A stretch of DNA of 64,000 bases from an uncultured Nitrososphaeraceae archaeon (GCA_963825865.1 CAWGVG010000057.1:47535-111534); one strand, 5' to 3'; positions 1 to 11,533 are shown, counted from the stretch's first letter. The notes: generated by a model from the sequence alone, not told the origin. A program made the numbers and translations.

Positions 1-137
1 TTCCTTATTTACAAAGAACACATGAGGATCCTTATTTTAGCTTGGGAAGTTGTTAACTTTAATATCACCAAGATTATTTGATAGAGTTTCTGTCTTTGTT
101 TCGGAATCCTTTCATATAGAAAAATTTGCTAACTAAC

Positions 138-1321
138 TGAGACTGGGGCATAAATTTCCTGTTCATAAGTTTACCAACTTCTATCAATGGTTTTGAATAA
201 AGCTACCTCAGGTGTTGGTGTTTTGGTGAACTACAGTCAAAAAATCCCAAAGACTAGCCTCAGGATATGTTTCAGAATCTATCCTAATTAGCATCTTGTA
301 TATGATAGGATTGATTCCATGGTCCAAATCACAACATAAGAAGAGAGGCAGACCATATGTCTATTCTCCAACTGTAATACTGAGATGTTTTGTAGTTAGG
401 ATATGGTTTAGACTGGATCCTAACAGAGCATTACATGATTTCCTTGCCATGGATTGTTATCCTTACAATAGAAAGATAATGAAAGCATGTGGATTAACCA
501 GTCTTCCTGATAGAAGGACATTTGACAGAAGGCTTTCGACAATATCTGTAAACATCAAAGAAATGATATCAAGTATGGGAAATCTATTTGTAAACGAAAG
601 ATTAGTTGACCCATACATTGTTGCAATAGATAGTACATTGCTTAGAGCAAAGGACATCTCTGGCACAAATCATCTATGATTGAAGGAGTAGTATCTCGTT
701 CAGGTATTTGCAGATACAGATGCAAGATGGGGATTCAGTCACACCAAGGGATGGATATTTGGGTACAAGCTGCATATAACAGCAAGTACTGGTTCTCTTA
801 TAATGCCACTATCGGTAGATTTTACTCAGGCTAATGTACAAGAAGATAATCAGATATATCCTACAATAACATGCTCTTCATCACTTCCACAAGGAGTACA
901 TTACATGGCTCTGCTGATTCTGGATATGATGACCATAAGCTGTATAATTTGAGCATAGGCAGAGGATTTGAGCTGGTATGTCCAGTATCAGAAATATACA
1001 ACAATACTTCAAGTGACAGACTGCAATTGATAGAATTCTATGAATCTAAATTAGGACAGATAATTTATTCTTGGAGAGGCATATCGGTAGAGCCGTTAAT
1101 AGAACACATCAAAGATGTCTTCAAAATAGATCCCTTGCCAGTAAGAGGTACCAGAAAGCAGCTGGACTAGTATTGCTATCAGTACTACTCTACCAAATCA
1201 TTGTTTATTACAATTGTAAGACATGCAAAGAACATCCAAAAGCAATCAAACACATGTTAGTAAGCTAATGAACAACAAAACTAACTTGAAAATTGCATGA
1301 TCAAATTATGCCCCACTCTCA
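138..1321 (+). mobile_element. Insertion sequence (DDE_Tnp_1-type, IS4/IS5-like) with frameshifted transposase
   Basis: Imperfect terminal inverted repeats TGAGACTGGGGCATAAATTT (138-157) and AAATTATGCCCCACTCTCA (1303-1321). ORF pieces 296-679, 871-1170 and 1071-1268 carry KRGRP, LPDRRTFDRR, AIDSTL, ADSGYD and R-x-SVE motifs; WIFGYKLH is readable between them. Confidence 0.85.
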
Positions 1322-1428
1322 AATAGTTAGTATAGCGGCTATAGTTGGTTCAGTTATTAGGGTCGTTAGTTTGACTTTATACTTACAGGAAAATTAATGA
1401 TTGAGAAACCTGATATCATTGTTGATAC

Positions 1429-1446
1429 ATATATATATATATATAT
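1429..1446. repeat. (AT)9 microsatellite
   Basis: Directly visible ATATAT... run between the IS and coxA. Confidence 0.9.
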
Positions 1447-1579
1447 TCAAGAAGGAGAATTTAGAACTTGATAGGTTCCCATTAAAACTGGTAAGGAATA
1501 TACATTTTTGGCTCGCATAAAACAAAATACTTTTATTGATATTATGATCCATACTAATAGCAAATAGGTGGATATGTGA

Positions 1580-3103
1580 GTGGTATTAGAGGTTAAAAAA
1601 CCGCGTCCGATGTGGGAGATTCTCTTCTCAACTCACCACACAGATATTGGCCTGCTTTACATGATGACGTCTATTGCATTTCTAATGATAGGTGGTGCCT
1701 TGGCGCTTGCTATACGGTCAGAATTGTTTCTGCCAGGTCAGCAAATATTTCAAAGTCCTAATGATTTTGAGCGATTCTTCACAGTACACGGAACTACAAT
1801 GCTGCTGTTATGGGTTATTCCTTTTGGAGCTGGTATAGGAAACTACCTAATTCCAATTATGGTCAGATACAAAGATATGGCGTGGCCTAAACTAAACGCT
1901 GTAGCGTATTGGATGATACCTGTTGCAGGAGCGCTAATATGGCTCGGGTTCTCAGACACTGGCTGGACTGCCTATCCTCCATATTCTATTATTAGAGGAG
2001 CAGGGCCTGCAACTGATATGTGGATCTTTGGTATGAAAATCTTGGGTATTTCATCTATACTTGGTTCGATTAATTTTGTAGTTACAATTCTTAAAATGAA
2101 GCACCCCGATTTGCCAATAATGAAAATGTCATTATTTGCTTGGGCTACACTAATGACATCCTTCATGATCATCGTTTCAATGCCAACGGTTACATCTGCT
2201 CTTATTATGATGTATACTGATCGACTTGGCATATCTGGTTTCTTCAACCCCGCTATGGGTGGCGATCCTATTGCATACCAGCACTTGTTCTGGTTTACAT
2301 TCCATCCCGAAGTGTATATTTTCTTAATACCTGCTGTAGGTATGGCATATGAGCTTATACCTAAGTTCTCTAGAAAACCAATCTTTAGTTATCAATCCGG
2401 AGTAGTCGCCTTCATACTCTTGGGTACCATTGGATTTGCATCCTGGGCTCATCACATGTTCGCTACTGGGATGAGCTTTACTGAAAAGACTGTATTTATG
2501 GTAGGAACACTGGCTGCTGTACCTGCTTCATCTATGCATGTATTCAACTGGATTGCAACGATGTGGGGTGGAAGGATCAAGTTTGCAGCGCCTATGTTAT
2601 TTACAGTGGGTGGTATAATGCTATTCTTTACTTCTGGTGCTGGAGGAGTGGTAAATACAGCCATGCCGTTGGACTTTATTACACACGATAGTTATTTTGT
2701 AGTAGGACACTTCCACTTATTGTTAATGGGAACCGTCTCTCTAATATTTACGGGCTTCATATATTACATGTTCCCGTTAATTACAGGCCGAATGTACAAT
2801 GAAAAGTTGGCAAAGATACATTTTGTATTAGCATTCGTGGGTATTATACTTGTATTCATGACTCAACACTTGCTGGGATTATATGGAATGCCAAGAAGAG
2901 TCTTTGACTATCTGCCAATTCCCCAACTAATCATTATGAACCAAATTGCATCGATAGGCGCATGGATAGTCGGGCCTTCGTATGTGATCATGCTTTACAA
3001 CCTGATAAAGAGCGCAGGAAGTGGTAAACATGCCGATATGAGAGATCCGTTCAAGATTGGAGAGGAATATTATGACTACACACGACGAGAGCCCCATCAT
3101 TAG
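1580..3103 (+). CDS. coxA: Heme-copper terminal oxidase subunit I
   Basis: 507 aa polytopic protein with HGxxM, FHPEVY, WAHH, GHFH and GMPRR motifs. Confidence 0.97.
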   Translation: MVLEVKKPRPMWEILFSTHHTDIGLLYMMTSIAFLMIGGALALAIRSELFLPGQQIFQSPNDFERFFTVHGTTMLLLWVIPFGAGIGNYLIPIMVRYKDMAWPKLNAVAYWMIPVAGALIWLGFSDTGWTAYPPYSIIRGAGPATDMWIFGMKILGISSILGSINFVVTILKMKHPDLPIMKMSLFAWATLMTSFMIIVSMPTVTSALIMMYTDRLGISGFFNPAMGGDPIAYQHLFWFTFHPEVYIFLIPAVGMAYELIPKFSRKPIFSYQSGVVAFILLGTIGFASWAHHMFATGMSFTEKTVFMVGTLAAVPASSMHVFNWIATMWGGRIKFAAPMLFTVGGIMLFFTSGAGGVVNTAMPLDFITHDSYFVVGHFHLLLMGTVSLIFTGFIYYMFPLITGRMYNEKLAKIHFVLAFVGIILVFMTQHLLGLYGMPRRVFDYLPIPQLIIMNQIASIGAWIVGPSYVIMLYNLIKSAGSGKHADMRDPFKIGEEYYDYTRREPHH

Positions 3104-4008
3104 AACTACTACAAAACGTATGGCACAAGGCCTCGCAATCATAGTGATTGTGATGGCAGTAGCCGCAGCCATAGCGGTACCTAATTGGCACAATTTTGCA
3201 AAAAATCCACCACCCGTTTCAACGATTACAACTCAAACAACGGCAACTGGAGGAGGAGGCGGTGGTGGAGGTGCTTCTACTACCACCAGTGGAGGTGCGA
3301 CCCAAAGTTCTCAGCCTACAGCCCTACCACCAGGTGCTACAGCCATAACTATTTTGGCAGGTGCTTCTGTTCAGGGAAATCCAAATTATAATCCATCAGA
3401 CGGTAAAGTACCACTTAATAGTAAGATAGTCTGGCAGAACAAAGATAATACTGTCCACACAGCAACGTCTGGCTCTGGTCCTTCAGATGCAAATTCAGGC
3501 AAAATATTTGATACAAAGATGCTCAATGCTGGGTCAAGCTCTACTCCACAAGAACTTAAGGGTGTAAAGGTAGGCGACGCAGTACCATATTATTGTCAAA
3601 TTCATCCTTATATGACTGCAAAACTGACGGTGACTGCTGCCTTCAACTACTAGTGGCAGCGGAGGAGCTAGTTCTGCAGGGTCTACAGCCGCTACGGGAG
3701 CAGCTGCTACTGGACCAGTTTTAACTATTCCACAAGGTGCTTCTGTTCAGGGGAATCCAGCTTACAAGCCTGATCCTATGACCGTGAAGAAAGGTGATAC
3801 TATACAAGTAGAAAACAAAGATACTACTCTTCATACAGTTACAAGTGGCAAAACTCTAGAAGATCCAAATAAAGGAAAGATGTTTGATACAAGTATGATC
3901 AACCCTGGCGCAACGGCTAAAATCTCGACTGCTAGTCTAAATCCCGGTGAATATCCATTCCACTGCGATGTACATCCCTACATGATAGGAACGCTGAAAG
4001 TACAGTAG
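3072..4008 (+). CDS. Membrane-anchored blue (type 1) copper protein with two cupredoxin domains (frameshift near 3640)
   Basis: N-terminal TM helix and Gly/Thr linker. Domain 1 has HTATS...YYCQIHPYM; domain 2 has HTVTS...FHCDVHPYM. The linker STTSGSGGASSAG reads across one indel. The start overlaps the coxA end. Confidence 0.88.
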
Positions 4009-4088
4009 CAGGCTATTTGTTTGCTCCTCTACCGATTATGTCGAATATGAATGTTAAAGATGACAAGAACTATGGTAAATAAGAAAAA

Positions 4089-4568
4089 ATGATCCTCAAA
4101 ACTCTTTCTTGTGTCACACTTGGATCTGTCTTTACCCTTATGTTTATAGGAGGTTATGTCAGTGCTTCTGGAGTAGGATTGACGTGTCCTAAATGGCCGC
4201 TATGTCCTGCAGGCTTTGTACCAATGCAAGAATTTGTTATTGAATATTTCCATAGATCAGTTGCCGCTACAACCGCATTGTTAGTGTTTGTTACTACTGC
4301 TTTCACTCTGAAATCCAGAGTTAGTCCAAAGGGAATGAAAATAGCCTTGATAGTTGCTAGCTGTGCTGCGATAGGTCAAATAAGCCTAGGAGCAATAGTA
4401 ATAATAGAACGATTACATGCTGTTTTAGTAACGATACATCTTGGAGTTGGACTTGTACTATTCGCAATGATGTTGATTTCTGTATCCTATTCATATAGAT
4501 TGGATAACAAAAAGAGCAAAACGATATCAGACAGCTCTTCTTTACGAACCACTACAACTAATCCATAA
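4089..4568 (+). CDS. ctaA: Short heme A synthase / cytochrome oxidase assembly protein (CtaA/Cox15-like, single module)
   Basis: GLTCPKWPLC, EYFHR and a later His in a TM helix; about four TM helices; follows the oxidase genes. Confidence 0.85.
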   Translation: MILKTLSCVTLGSVFTLMFIGGYVSASGVGLTCPKWPLCPAGFVPMQEFVIEYFHRSVAATTALLVFVTTAFTLKSRVSPKGMKIALIVASCAAIGQISLGAIVIIERLHAVLVTIHLGVGLVLFAMMLISVSYSYRLDNKKSKTISDSSSLRTTTTNP

Positions 4569-4688
4569 GTGATTTGTAACTGACATTTTTAAAATATGAG
4601 TCTCAACCAAAAAATGTATCGTAAAAAATCCACGATTACTTCAGTAAAACGTAAAACATAAAACCCCTCAATACTTACCCAATTTCCT

Positions 4689-5642
4689 ATGTGGAAAGTG
4701 TTGACTCCAAAAAAAATAGCTTTTGGCGAAAATGCTGCCAGAGATTTTGAATATCCAAAGAACTCTCTAATTATTACAACTACCACTCCTGATATTTACA
4801 ACAAGTGGATAAATTATATGGGAATAAAGAACTATGAAATTTATGACAAGGTTACGCCTGACCCTGCAATTGAAACTATTGAAACCATAAGAAAGAAATA
4901 CGAAGGTAGGAAGAACATTTCTGCATATATAGGACTTGGAGGAGGAAGCTCGTTGGATGTATGCAAATATCTTGGCAAACTTACTGGCATTCCAAAGATC
5001 CTTATTCCAACAACTTTTGGAACGGGAGCAGAAATGACAACTTATGCTGTTATAAGTTTCGAGCACAAGAAAAAATTATTACAAGATGAGGCATTCCTGG
5101 CAGACGCTGCTATTGTTGATCCATATTTTTTGCCTGGAACACCATTTAATATCATGAGGAATTCAGCATGTGACGCCGCAGCTCAGGCATCAGAAGGCCA
5201 TGATAGTAAACTTGGGAATCCATTTACAAAACTATTTTGTAGAGAAGCATTTGATATTTTAGAAGACGCAATCATTAATGACAAACCACATTTGCTGCCT
5301 TACGGTGCGATGCTATCTGGAATTGGATTTGGTAATTCGTCAACAACATTAGGGCATGCACTTTCATACGTATTTTCAAATGAAGGTGTTCCACATGGTT
5401 ATTCGCTGTCGTCATGTACGACGGTAGCACACAGGTTCAACAAATCAATCTATTATGAACGATTTAAAAGAATTTGTCAAAAATTAAAGTTTGAGCCATT
5501 AAAATTAAAACAGTCATTTGATGATGCAGCTGATGTAATTATGACAGATAGAGGACATTTGGACAACAATCCTATTCCTGTTACAAGACAAGATATAATA
5601 AAATGTCTAGATGAGATCGTAAATCAGAATCCATTAACCTGA
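4689..5642 (+). CDS. Iron-containing alcohol dehydrogenase family; probable malonic semialdehyde reductase of the thaumarchaeal 3HP/4HB cycle
   Basis: GLGGGSSLD, IPTTFGTGAE, GHALSY and PHG motifs. Length and C-terminal half closely resemble my recollection of N. maritimus Nmar_1110. Confidence 0.85.
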   Translation: MWKVLTPKKIAFGENAARDFEYPKNSLIITTTTPDIYNKWINYMGIKNYEIYDKVTPDPAIETIETIRKKYEGRKNISAYIGLGGGSSLDVCKYLGKLTGIPKILIPTTFGTGAEMTTYAVISFEHKKKLLQDEAFLADAAIVDPYFLPGTPFNIMRNSACDAAAQASEGHDSKLGNPFTKLFCREAFDILEDAIINDKPHLLPYGAMLSGIGFGNSSTTLGHALSYVFSNEGVPHGYSLSSCTTVAHRFNKSIYYERFKRICQKLKFEPLKLKQSFDDAADVIMTDRGHLDNNPIPVTRQDIIKCLDEIVNQNPLT

Positions 5643-5906
5643 ACAATACATATATGTGCATAACATGATGTGAGCCAAAATCTTCAAGATGGCTATGTTT
5701 TTTTAAAATAACATCTGAATAAATTATCGTCGTATATTGAATTGCGTGAGTTTCTCTTAATATTATGAAAATACGATAAAGGCTAATTATTAATTTCGTA
5801 TTTCCTTTAAGATGATGGTATATGAGAAACCATCGGGTGTTGTCATGACGACAAAATTTTACAAGAAACCTTTAAATTCAGTTCACAGACTTATTTTTCA
5901 TATATT

Positions 5907-6519
5907 ATGACTACTATTAGCAAGAGTCTCGAAATTAATGCCCCTGTCAGGTGAAGTGTTCACCTATTTTGCCAGACCTGAACACATGGCGGATCAATTC
6001 CCAGAGAATATGGGCCTGAACATTCTTCCAATAGAAGTAAAAAATGGCTTTGGCGTTGGCACTATTTTTAGAATTAGTGGTGATTTTGATGGTAAGAAAT
6101 TAGAGTGGGATTGTGAAACTATTGATTACATACCACATCGTAAAATTATTGCACAGATGATTGAAGGTCCATTCAAACGCTGGCAAATTACAGTTCAATT
6201 TGAAGAGGTTACTGAAAGAAAGACAAAGACAAGCATCACTGTTGATTACGATATGCCAATGGGTCCTCTTGGTGGACTAATGGATAAGGTAAAGCTAAAG
6301 AAGATCGCAGAAAGAGGAATAGAAAACGGTCTATATAGGGTAAAGGCCTTACTTGAAGGAACCGGCTCAATTCCAGTATATATTACACTGGAAGCTTATA
6401 GACAGGTTCTTAAGGAAAAAGAAAGACTGAAATGCTCTGTTTCTGATGCTATAGTTAGGCTTATTGAAGATAAACAACAACAACAACAACAACAGCAAAC
6501 AGCAAAAGTTTCTCAGTAA
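5907..6519 (+). CDS. SRPBCC (START/Bet v1-like) protein with C-terminal RHH-like extension and poly-Gln tail
   Basis: Probable true start MTTISKSLEINAPV at 5907 joins ORF 5938-6519 through one indel; typical SRPBCC pattern (INAPVxEVF...GPFKRW...GPLGGL). Confidence 0.8.
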
Positions 6520-6614
6520 AACTTTTCATATCTTTACTTTCTGTTCTATATCATGAATAATTTCTGATATTTGCGAAACCACCTGTTTCTATACAGGATT
6601 TTTCTAGGAAGATA

Positions 6615-7397
6615 TTATAATCTCCTTTTCAAAAAAGAATCAGAATTCTTTTTAATGATATCTTTGGCTTCCTCATATGTCATTTCAAGTACATCAGCAG
6701 CACAACTTACAACACTTATCAAAAAGGAGCTGGATAGCGACGTAAGATTTTTAAAACATCTAGAATATTTTACAGGCCCGTCAGTTTCAACAAGAAATCT
6801 ATCTCTGTCCGTATTCTTCAGTAAGACTTTCTTCTCATCTGAGTAAACCAAAACGGGTCCATATGAAACGTACAAGCCCATATCCATAATTTTATTTAAT
6901 TGCCTCTTGCTTCCGGCAAACCAGTGCAAAAGCACATTTCCAGTGTTATATGTCTTCAAAATTTCCAGTATGTCATCTAATGATTTTCTGGAATGGATTG
7001 AAACTGGTTTTTTGGTCGTTTCAGAAAGGCTGAGCATAGAGTTAAAAACTTCTCTCTGTTTTTCATATGAACTTTTATTATTATATTCTAAATATGTGCG
7101 ATCAAGACCGATCTCACCAATACCGTCAATCATGGCAATATTGTTATTAAAAATTTTAATAAATTCCGAAACATCTTCTGTATCCGCAAATTCCGGATGT
7201 ATTCCAATAAATTGCGTCACAACGTCGCGGGTTGAATCGTTAAAAAGCTCAAAACTTCTAAGGGAAGTTTTAATGTCTACAGTTACCGAACATGCGTTAA
7301 TTTTTAACGCTCTCAGGTTATTAAGAATTTGTTGTATGTATCCAGAATATTCATGGTCGGTTAAATGGATGTGTGCATCAAATAATAATTGCTGCAA
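6615..7397 (-). CDS. tatD: TatD family nuclease
   Basis: DAHIHL, GIHP, IGEIGLD, SIHSR, LHWF and LVETDGP motifs. Confidence 0.95.
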   Translation of the reverse strand: MQQLLFDAHIHLTDHEYSGYIQQILNNLRALKINACSVTVDIKTSLRSFELFNDSTRDVVTQFIGIHPEFADTEDVSEFIKIFNNNIAMIDGIGEIGLDRTYLEYNNKSSYEKQREVFNSMLSLSETTKKPVSIHSRKSLDDILEILKTYNTGNVLLHWFAGSKRQLNKIMDMGLYVSYGPVLVYSDEKKVLLKNTDRDRFLVETDGPVKYSRCFKNLTSLSSSFLISVVSCAADVLEMTYEEAKDIIKKNSDSFLKRRL

Positions 7398-7827
7398 ATG
7401 ATCCTACTATGATGTCACTGATAAAATAACCTTTGTAGAAGTATAATATATTGGTGTTTTCCCTATCAAATTTAGGCGCTTAGATACCTAAAATGCTGTA
7501 GCATTATTAAATGCGATTGTCTGTATCTATACCACATTTTAGCTAGCAATATAATATCTAGACTAAAAAAACAGCATTAGCTTAAACATTACAACGTCCT
7601 ATGACAAGAAAAGAGAAAATGATGGTTGAACAGAACTGTGTTTATAATGGACAGCGGATCCATGCAGAAGTTTGTTGTTATCTTGGCCTTCATGAGCTAC
7701 TTCTAGAGAGAGAAAAGAATGGACATAAAAAAATGTAAGAAAAGACTCAACTATGCTCAAAGCTAATTATCGTTTTGATTATTGCTAACAGCGATCTAAT
7801 AAAGTACGGTAACGAATATTGATAAAG

Positions 7828-8134
7828 TCATTTTGCTCGAGAAATAGAGACTTCTATTGTAGAAACGTTTCGAGGCCTGCCATCTTGAGATTGTACCTAT
7901 TTCAGAGCCTATCTTTACAGGACCGATCTTGTAACCTAAAGTATCCATTCTTTTTACAATTATCTGTGCAACATCAACAGCTCTTGTTATGCTCTTTCCT
8001 CTAGCTTTTATAACTACAACCGGCTCATTAGCAAGTTGCACCAGAGTTGCAGTAACATAAGTCATCAGTGGTTTTTTCCCCACAAAAATCTCATTATTTG
8101 CTTTGTTTTCTGTATTTGCGTTGCTTGTCGTCAT
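7828..8134 (-). CDS. albA: DNA/RNA-binding protein Alba (frameshift near 7900)
   Basis: IFVGKKPLMTYV and KARGKSITRAVDVA; the shifted frame gives the canonical end QDGRPRNVSTIEVSISRAK, stop at 7828-7830. Confidence 0.93.
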
Positions 8135-8200
8135 TATTCAAAATTATCTCTTATGGTAGAATATAATGTTTGTTGATTATTGGTTCCATAATTATGTAAT

Positions 8201-8422
8201 TCAGCAATACTTTCTTAATATATTTTCAATGTCCATTGGATTTGCAGAGATTTCCTTTACAGCCATGGGATCTTCAACTTCATAACAGTGAAGTAATTCT
8301 TGCTCATCCTTGTAGAAGAGGAAAACCCTTTTCTCAAATATGCAATGATATAATTGATCAACCATCATTTTTTCCAGTTGCAATTTAATGCCATCAGACT
8401 GAACTATTACAGGATATTCCAA
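8201..8422 (-). CDS. Small hypothetical protein
   Basis: Clean 73-aa ORF with protein-like composition, co-oriented upstream of alba. Confidence 0.6.
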   Translation of the reverse strand: MEYPVIVQSDGIKLQLEKMMVDQLYHCIFEKRVFLFYKDEQELLHCYEVEDPMAVKEISANPMDIENILRKYC

Positions 8423-8735
8423 GATAGATATGGACTATTCGTTAAAGGTAAAGAAAAATCTATCTAATATAAAGTAAAATATTTCTAAATTCACATCATG
8501 ATCTCATCTAAAGCCAAAGATAAAACTACTTACAAAATTTATTTTAGTGTTCTAGTGAATAACTAGTATGTATAGATTAACGATGTTGGTTTCTTTCTAA
8601 TATGGAAAGAAGGTTAATTATTATTATTATCTCCTACTTCTTACATCATCTACTATACTTCACCTTTTATTTTTCCTATTCTATTAACGGAACAGAAACT
8701 TACAATCTTCTATTAAGGAGTTAACTTTCTTCCTT

Positions 8736-8812
8736 TGAGTTCAGGCTTTTGCTGGTTACAATCATTTTTGATAATCCCCTCATGTAATTTTGGAAAAAGA
8801 TGGTCGTGGATT
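8736..8812 (-). repeat. Inverted copy of the 3' end of the adjacent radical SAM gene
   Basis: 8760-8792 is the exact reverse complement of 9894-9926 (33 bp). 8736-8754 matches 9930-9948 at 18/19. Confidence 0.92.
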
Positions 8813-8883
8813 TAATCATATTCTGATATATGAAGCGTAGTTGTAAGAAATGCTTAATAGATTTAGTTCTCTGAGATTTAGTA

Positions 8884-9956
8884 TTGGTAGTTGATACTAT
8901 ACGTACTATCAAAATTTTAGGAAAATGGTCGGGCAACATGGTTATAAGGCGAAGGCGTCCTTTAATCGCTGTTTTTAGTCTAACTCACTATTGTAACTTT
9001 TATTGTCCAATGTGTCCTTTTGGGGACTCTGATAAGGAGGGTCAAATCAAAATTGCCAAGAGAGATGATCTTTCTACTGAGCAATGGAAACTGATTTTCG
9101 ATAAGGTTTCAAAGTATTGCATCTGGTCTATAATAGAAGGTGGAGAACCGACTAGCCGTCCTGACTTTATGGACCTTGTCAGACATCTTCACAACCTACA
9201 TCTTCCTATCACATTGATTACTAATTGCTCTCTTCTCCACACTGTCGAACTTGATGAACTAAAGAGGTATATTCAATTCATTACCTGCAGTATTGATTCT
9301 TTGTTTGAAGAATCGTATTGCAAGATACGTGGCGTTCCTCCCCATATGTTACAAGAGTGTAATGAATAATCTGCATCTTTTAAACGAACGTAGAGTACCT
9401 CACTACCTTAACAGTGTCATAACAAAGTACAATACAGAAGAATTCATCAATCAAACTTATTTTGATAAGGCTAAGGAACTAGGTATAAAGGCAGTTTCAT
9501 TTACATTTGTTGAAGATAGATCTGACGTTCCTTATTCTTTACTTCCTGACCGCCAAACCATGGTCATGGTCTGCAATAGCATACTAGACTATATGAAAAA
9601 CACATTCATCTCCACAAATAATGATACCATCCAAATATTTTGAACAAATAATAGAACATGGACGAGGGATATTCGACGAGTGCGGCGTGTGGAAAAGTGT
9701 ATTTGTTAATGGTAATGGTAGTGTCATGGTTCCATGTTGGAAATTTAATAGCTCAGAAAATACTTATAACCTACTAGAGAAAAGCATAGAGGAAATTTGG
9801 AATGCTCCACAATGGGACATTGCTAGTACCTGCCATGACTGCAAAGTGCTTGGCTGTATATGGTATTCCTCTCAGTCAATAACCACCTTTGCACAAAATT
9901 ACATGAGGGGATTATCAAAAATGATTAGTCAGCAAAATCCTGAACTCAGAGTATAA
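8884..9956 (+). CDS. Radical SAM protein with SPASM/Twitch-like C-terminus (two frameshifts)
   Basis: CNFYCPMC, EGGEP, ITN and CSID in the N-terminal part; C-terminal CGVW...VPCW...CHDC...GC; three overlapping ORFs join into about 340-355 aa. Confidence 0.9.
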
Positions 9957-10487
9957 TATGTACAATATTAAATGTTAGCAGCATCTTCGATTCCTGTTAG
10001 TATGTCCATTCTAGTTTAGCATATTTTAAATATACTCAATTTTTTTATTGATACTACAAATTTTCGTATTGTTCATATTGGTTTAGACAACTACCATCAC
10101 CACTGGCGAACTGTCTTCTACAGGTATTCCATCGGCTGAAATCTCTATTACTGAAAGAGGAAACGCAAGAGCACTAGGTAAGAGAAAATGGGTGATAATA
10201 GTAGTTTATGACCGAAACTATCACTCAATTACCAATAGACGAATGCAAGGATTGGATTTTGCATAGATTGGATATTAAAGAACAGTATCGTACTATTGGA
10301 TATGCTATGCATGCATACACACATACAAGTATACTAAGTTCGTTATCTTTATGTCCTGCTAGTCTAAATTTACTCTACTCAATGTCACGACGACACTGAA
10401 ATGGATGGCGCTCATATGGAGAGCAGTGCTTTCACCAAGGATAAATAGTATAAGAAGGACTTATTGAAATTGAGGTAGAAAAATAAT

Positions 10488-11533
10488 ATGCGTTCAATCC
10501 AAGTTTCCAAGCCTAATGGGCCTTTTGAAACGATAGAACGAGACATTCCGGAACCTAATACTGCACAAGTCCGCATCAAAGTTCAAGCCTGCGGCATATG
10601 CCACAGTGACTCGATGATGAAAGAAGGATTATTCCCATGAGTCCAGTACCCAAGAGTTCCTGGTCACGAGGTCGCAGGTATTATCGATGAAGTAGGAAAA
10701 GATGTAGTTGAATGGAAGCCTGGGCAGCGAGTCGCTATCGGCTGGCATGGTGGCCAGTGTGGTTACTGAGACTCTTGTCGGCGGAGATTTCTTCGCATGC
10801 CGCTACGCACGAGTGACTGGCTTTATCTACGATGGCGGCTATGCAGACTATATGATTGCGTCCCCCACAAGCGCCAGCGCTGATCCCCGACCAACTTTCA
10901 GCTACAGATGCTGCACCGCTAATGTGTGCTGGTATCACCACCTTTAATGCTCTTCGGAACAGCGGCGCATGTGTAGGCGATGTAGTAGCTATACGTGGGG
11001 TGGTGGGTTTGGCCATCTAGGCATTCAGTTTGCAGCCAAGATGGGTTTTAAGACCATTGCCATTGCGCGAGGAAAGGATAAGGAGGAGATGGTGAAAAAG
11101 CTTGGCGCTATTGATTACATCGATAGCCAGTCACAGAATGTCGTCGAAGAACTTGCTAAGATGGGAGACGCTAGGGTCATCCTTGCAACCGTCCCAAGCG
11201 GCAAAGCAATGAGTGCAGTTCTGGGCGCTCTGGGCGTCAACGGGAAGCTGAATCATCATTGGTGCTTCTGATGAGCCGCTCCAAGTGCCTACCAATCAAT
11301 TCATATCAGGACGTCAATCAATAGTGGGCTGGTACAGCGGGTCGTCGATCGATTCTCAAGATACCCTTACCTTTAGTGCGCTTTCCGGTGTACGGTCTAT
11401 AAATGAAATCTTTCCTCTGGATAGTGCAGCAGAGGCCTACGAGGTAATGATGAACGGTAAGGCACGATTTCGAGCTGTCCTTACAACAGGGAGTGTATAT
11501 AGACAACTGCCAAGTAATAGATTATACATTTAA
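10488..11533 (+). pseudogene. Zn-dependent alcohol dehydrogenase (AdhP/CAD-like) pseudogene
   Basis: ACGICHSD, PGHE, APLMCAGITT, GGFGHLG and GKARFR motifs. In-frame TGA stops at 10638 and 10767 plus several frameshifts; visibly GC-richer than the flanks. Confidence 0.88.

Noticed and set aside
1429-1446. (AT)9 as a phase-variable switch for coxA
   Set aside because: It lies about 135 bp upstream of the start in very AT-rich DNA, and nothing in the sequence ties it to the promoter.
10638-10769. In-frame TGA at a zinc-ligand Cys position of the ADH as selenocysteine or stop recoding
   Set aside because: The other TGA replaces Gly, the gene has several more lesions, and TGA is a normal stop elsewhere in the window.
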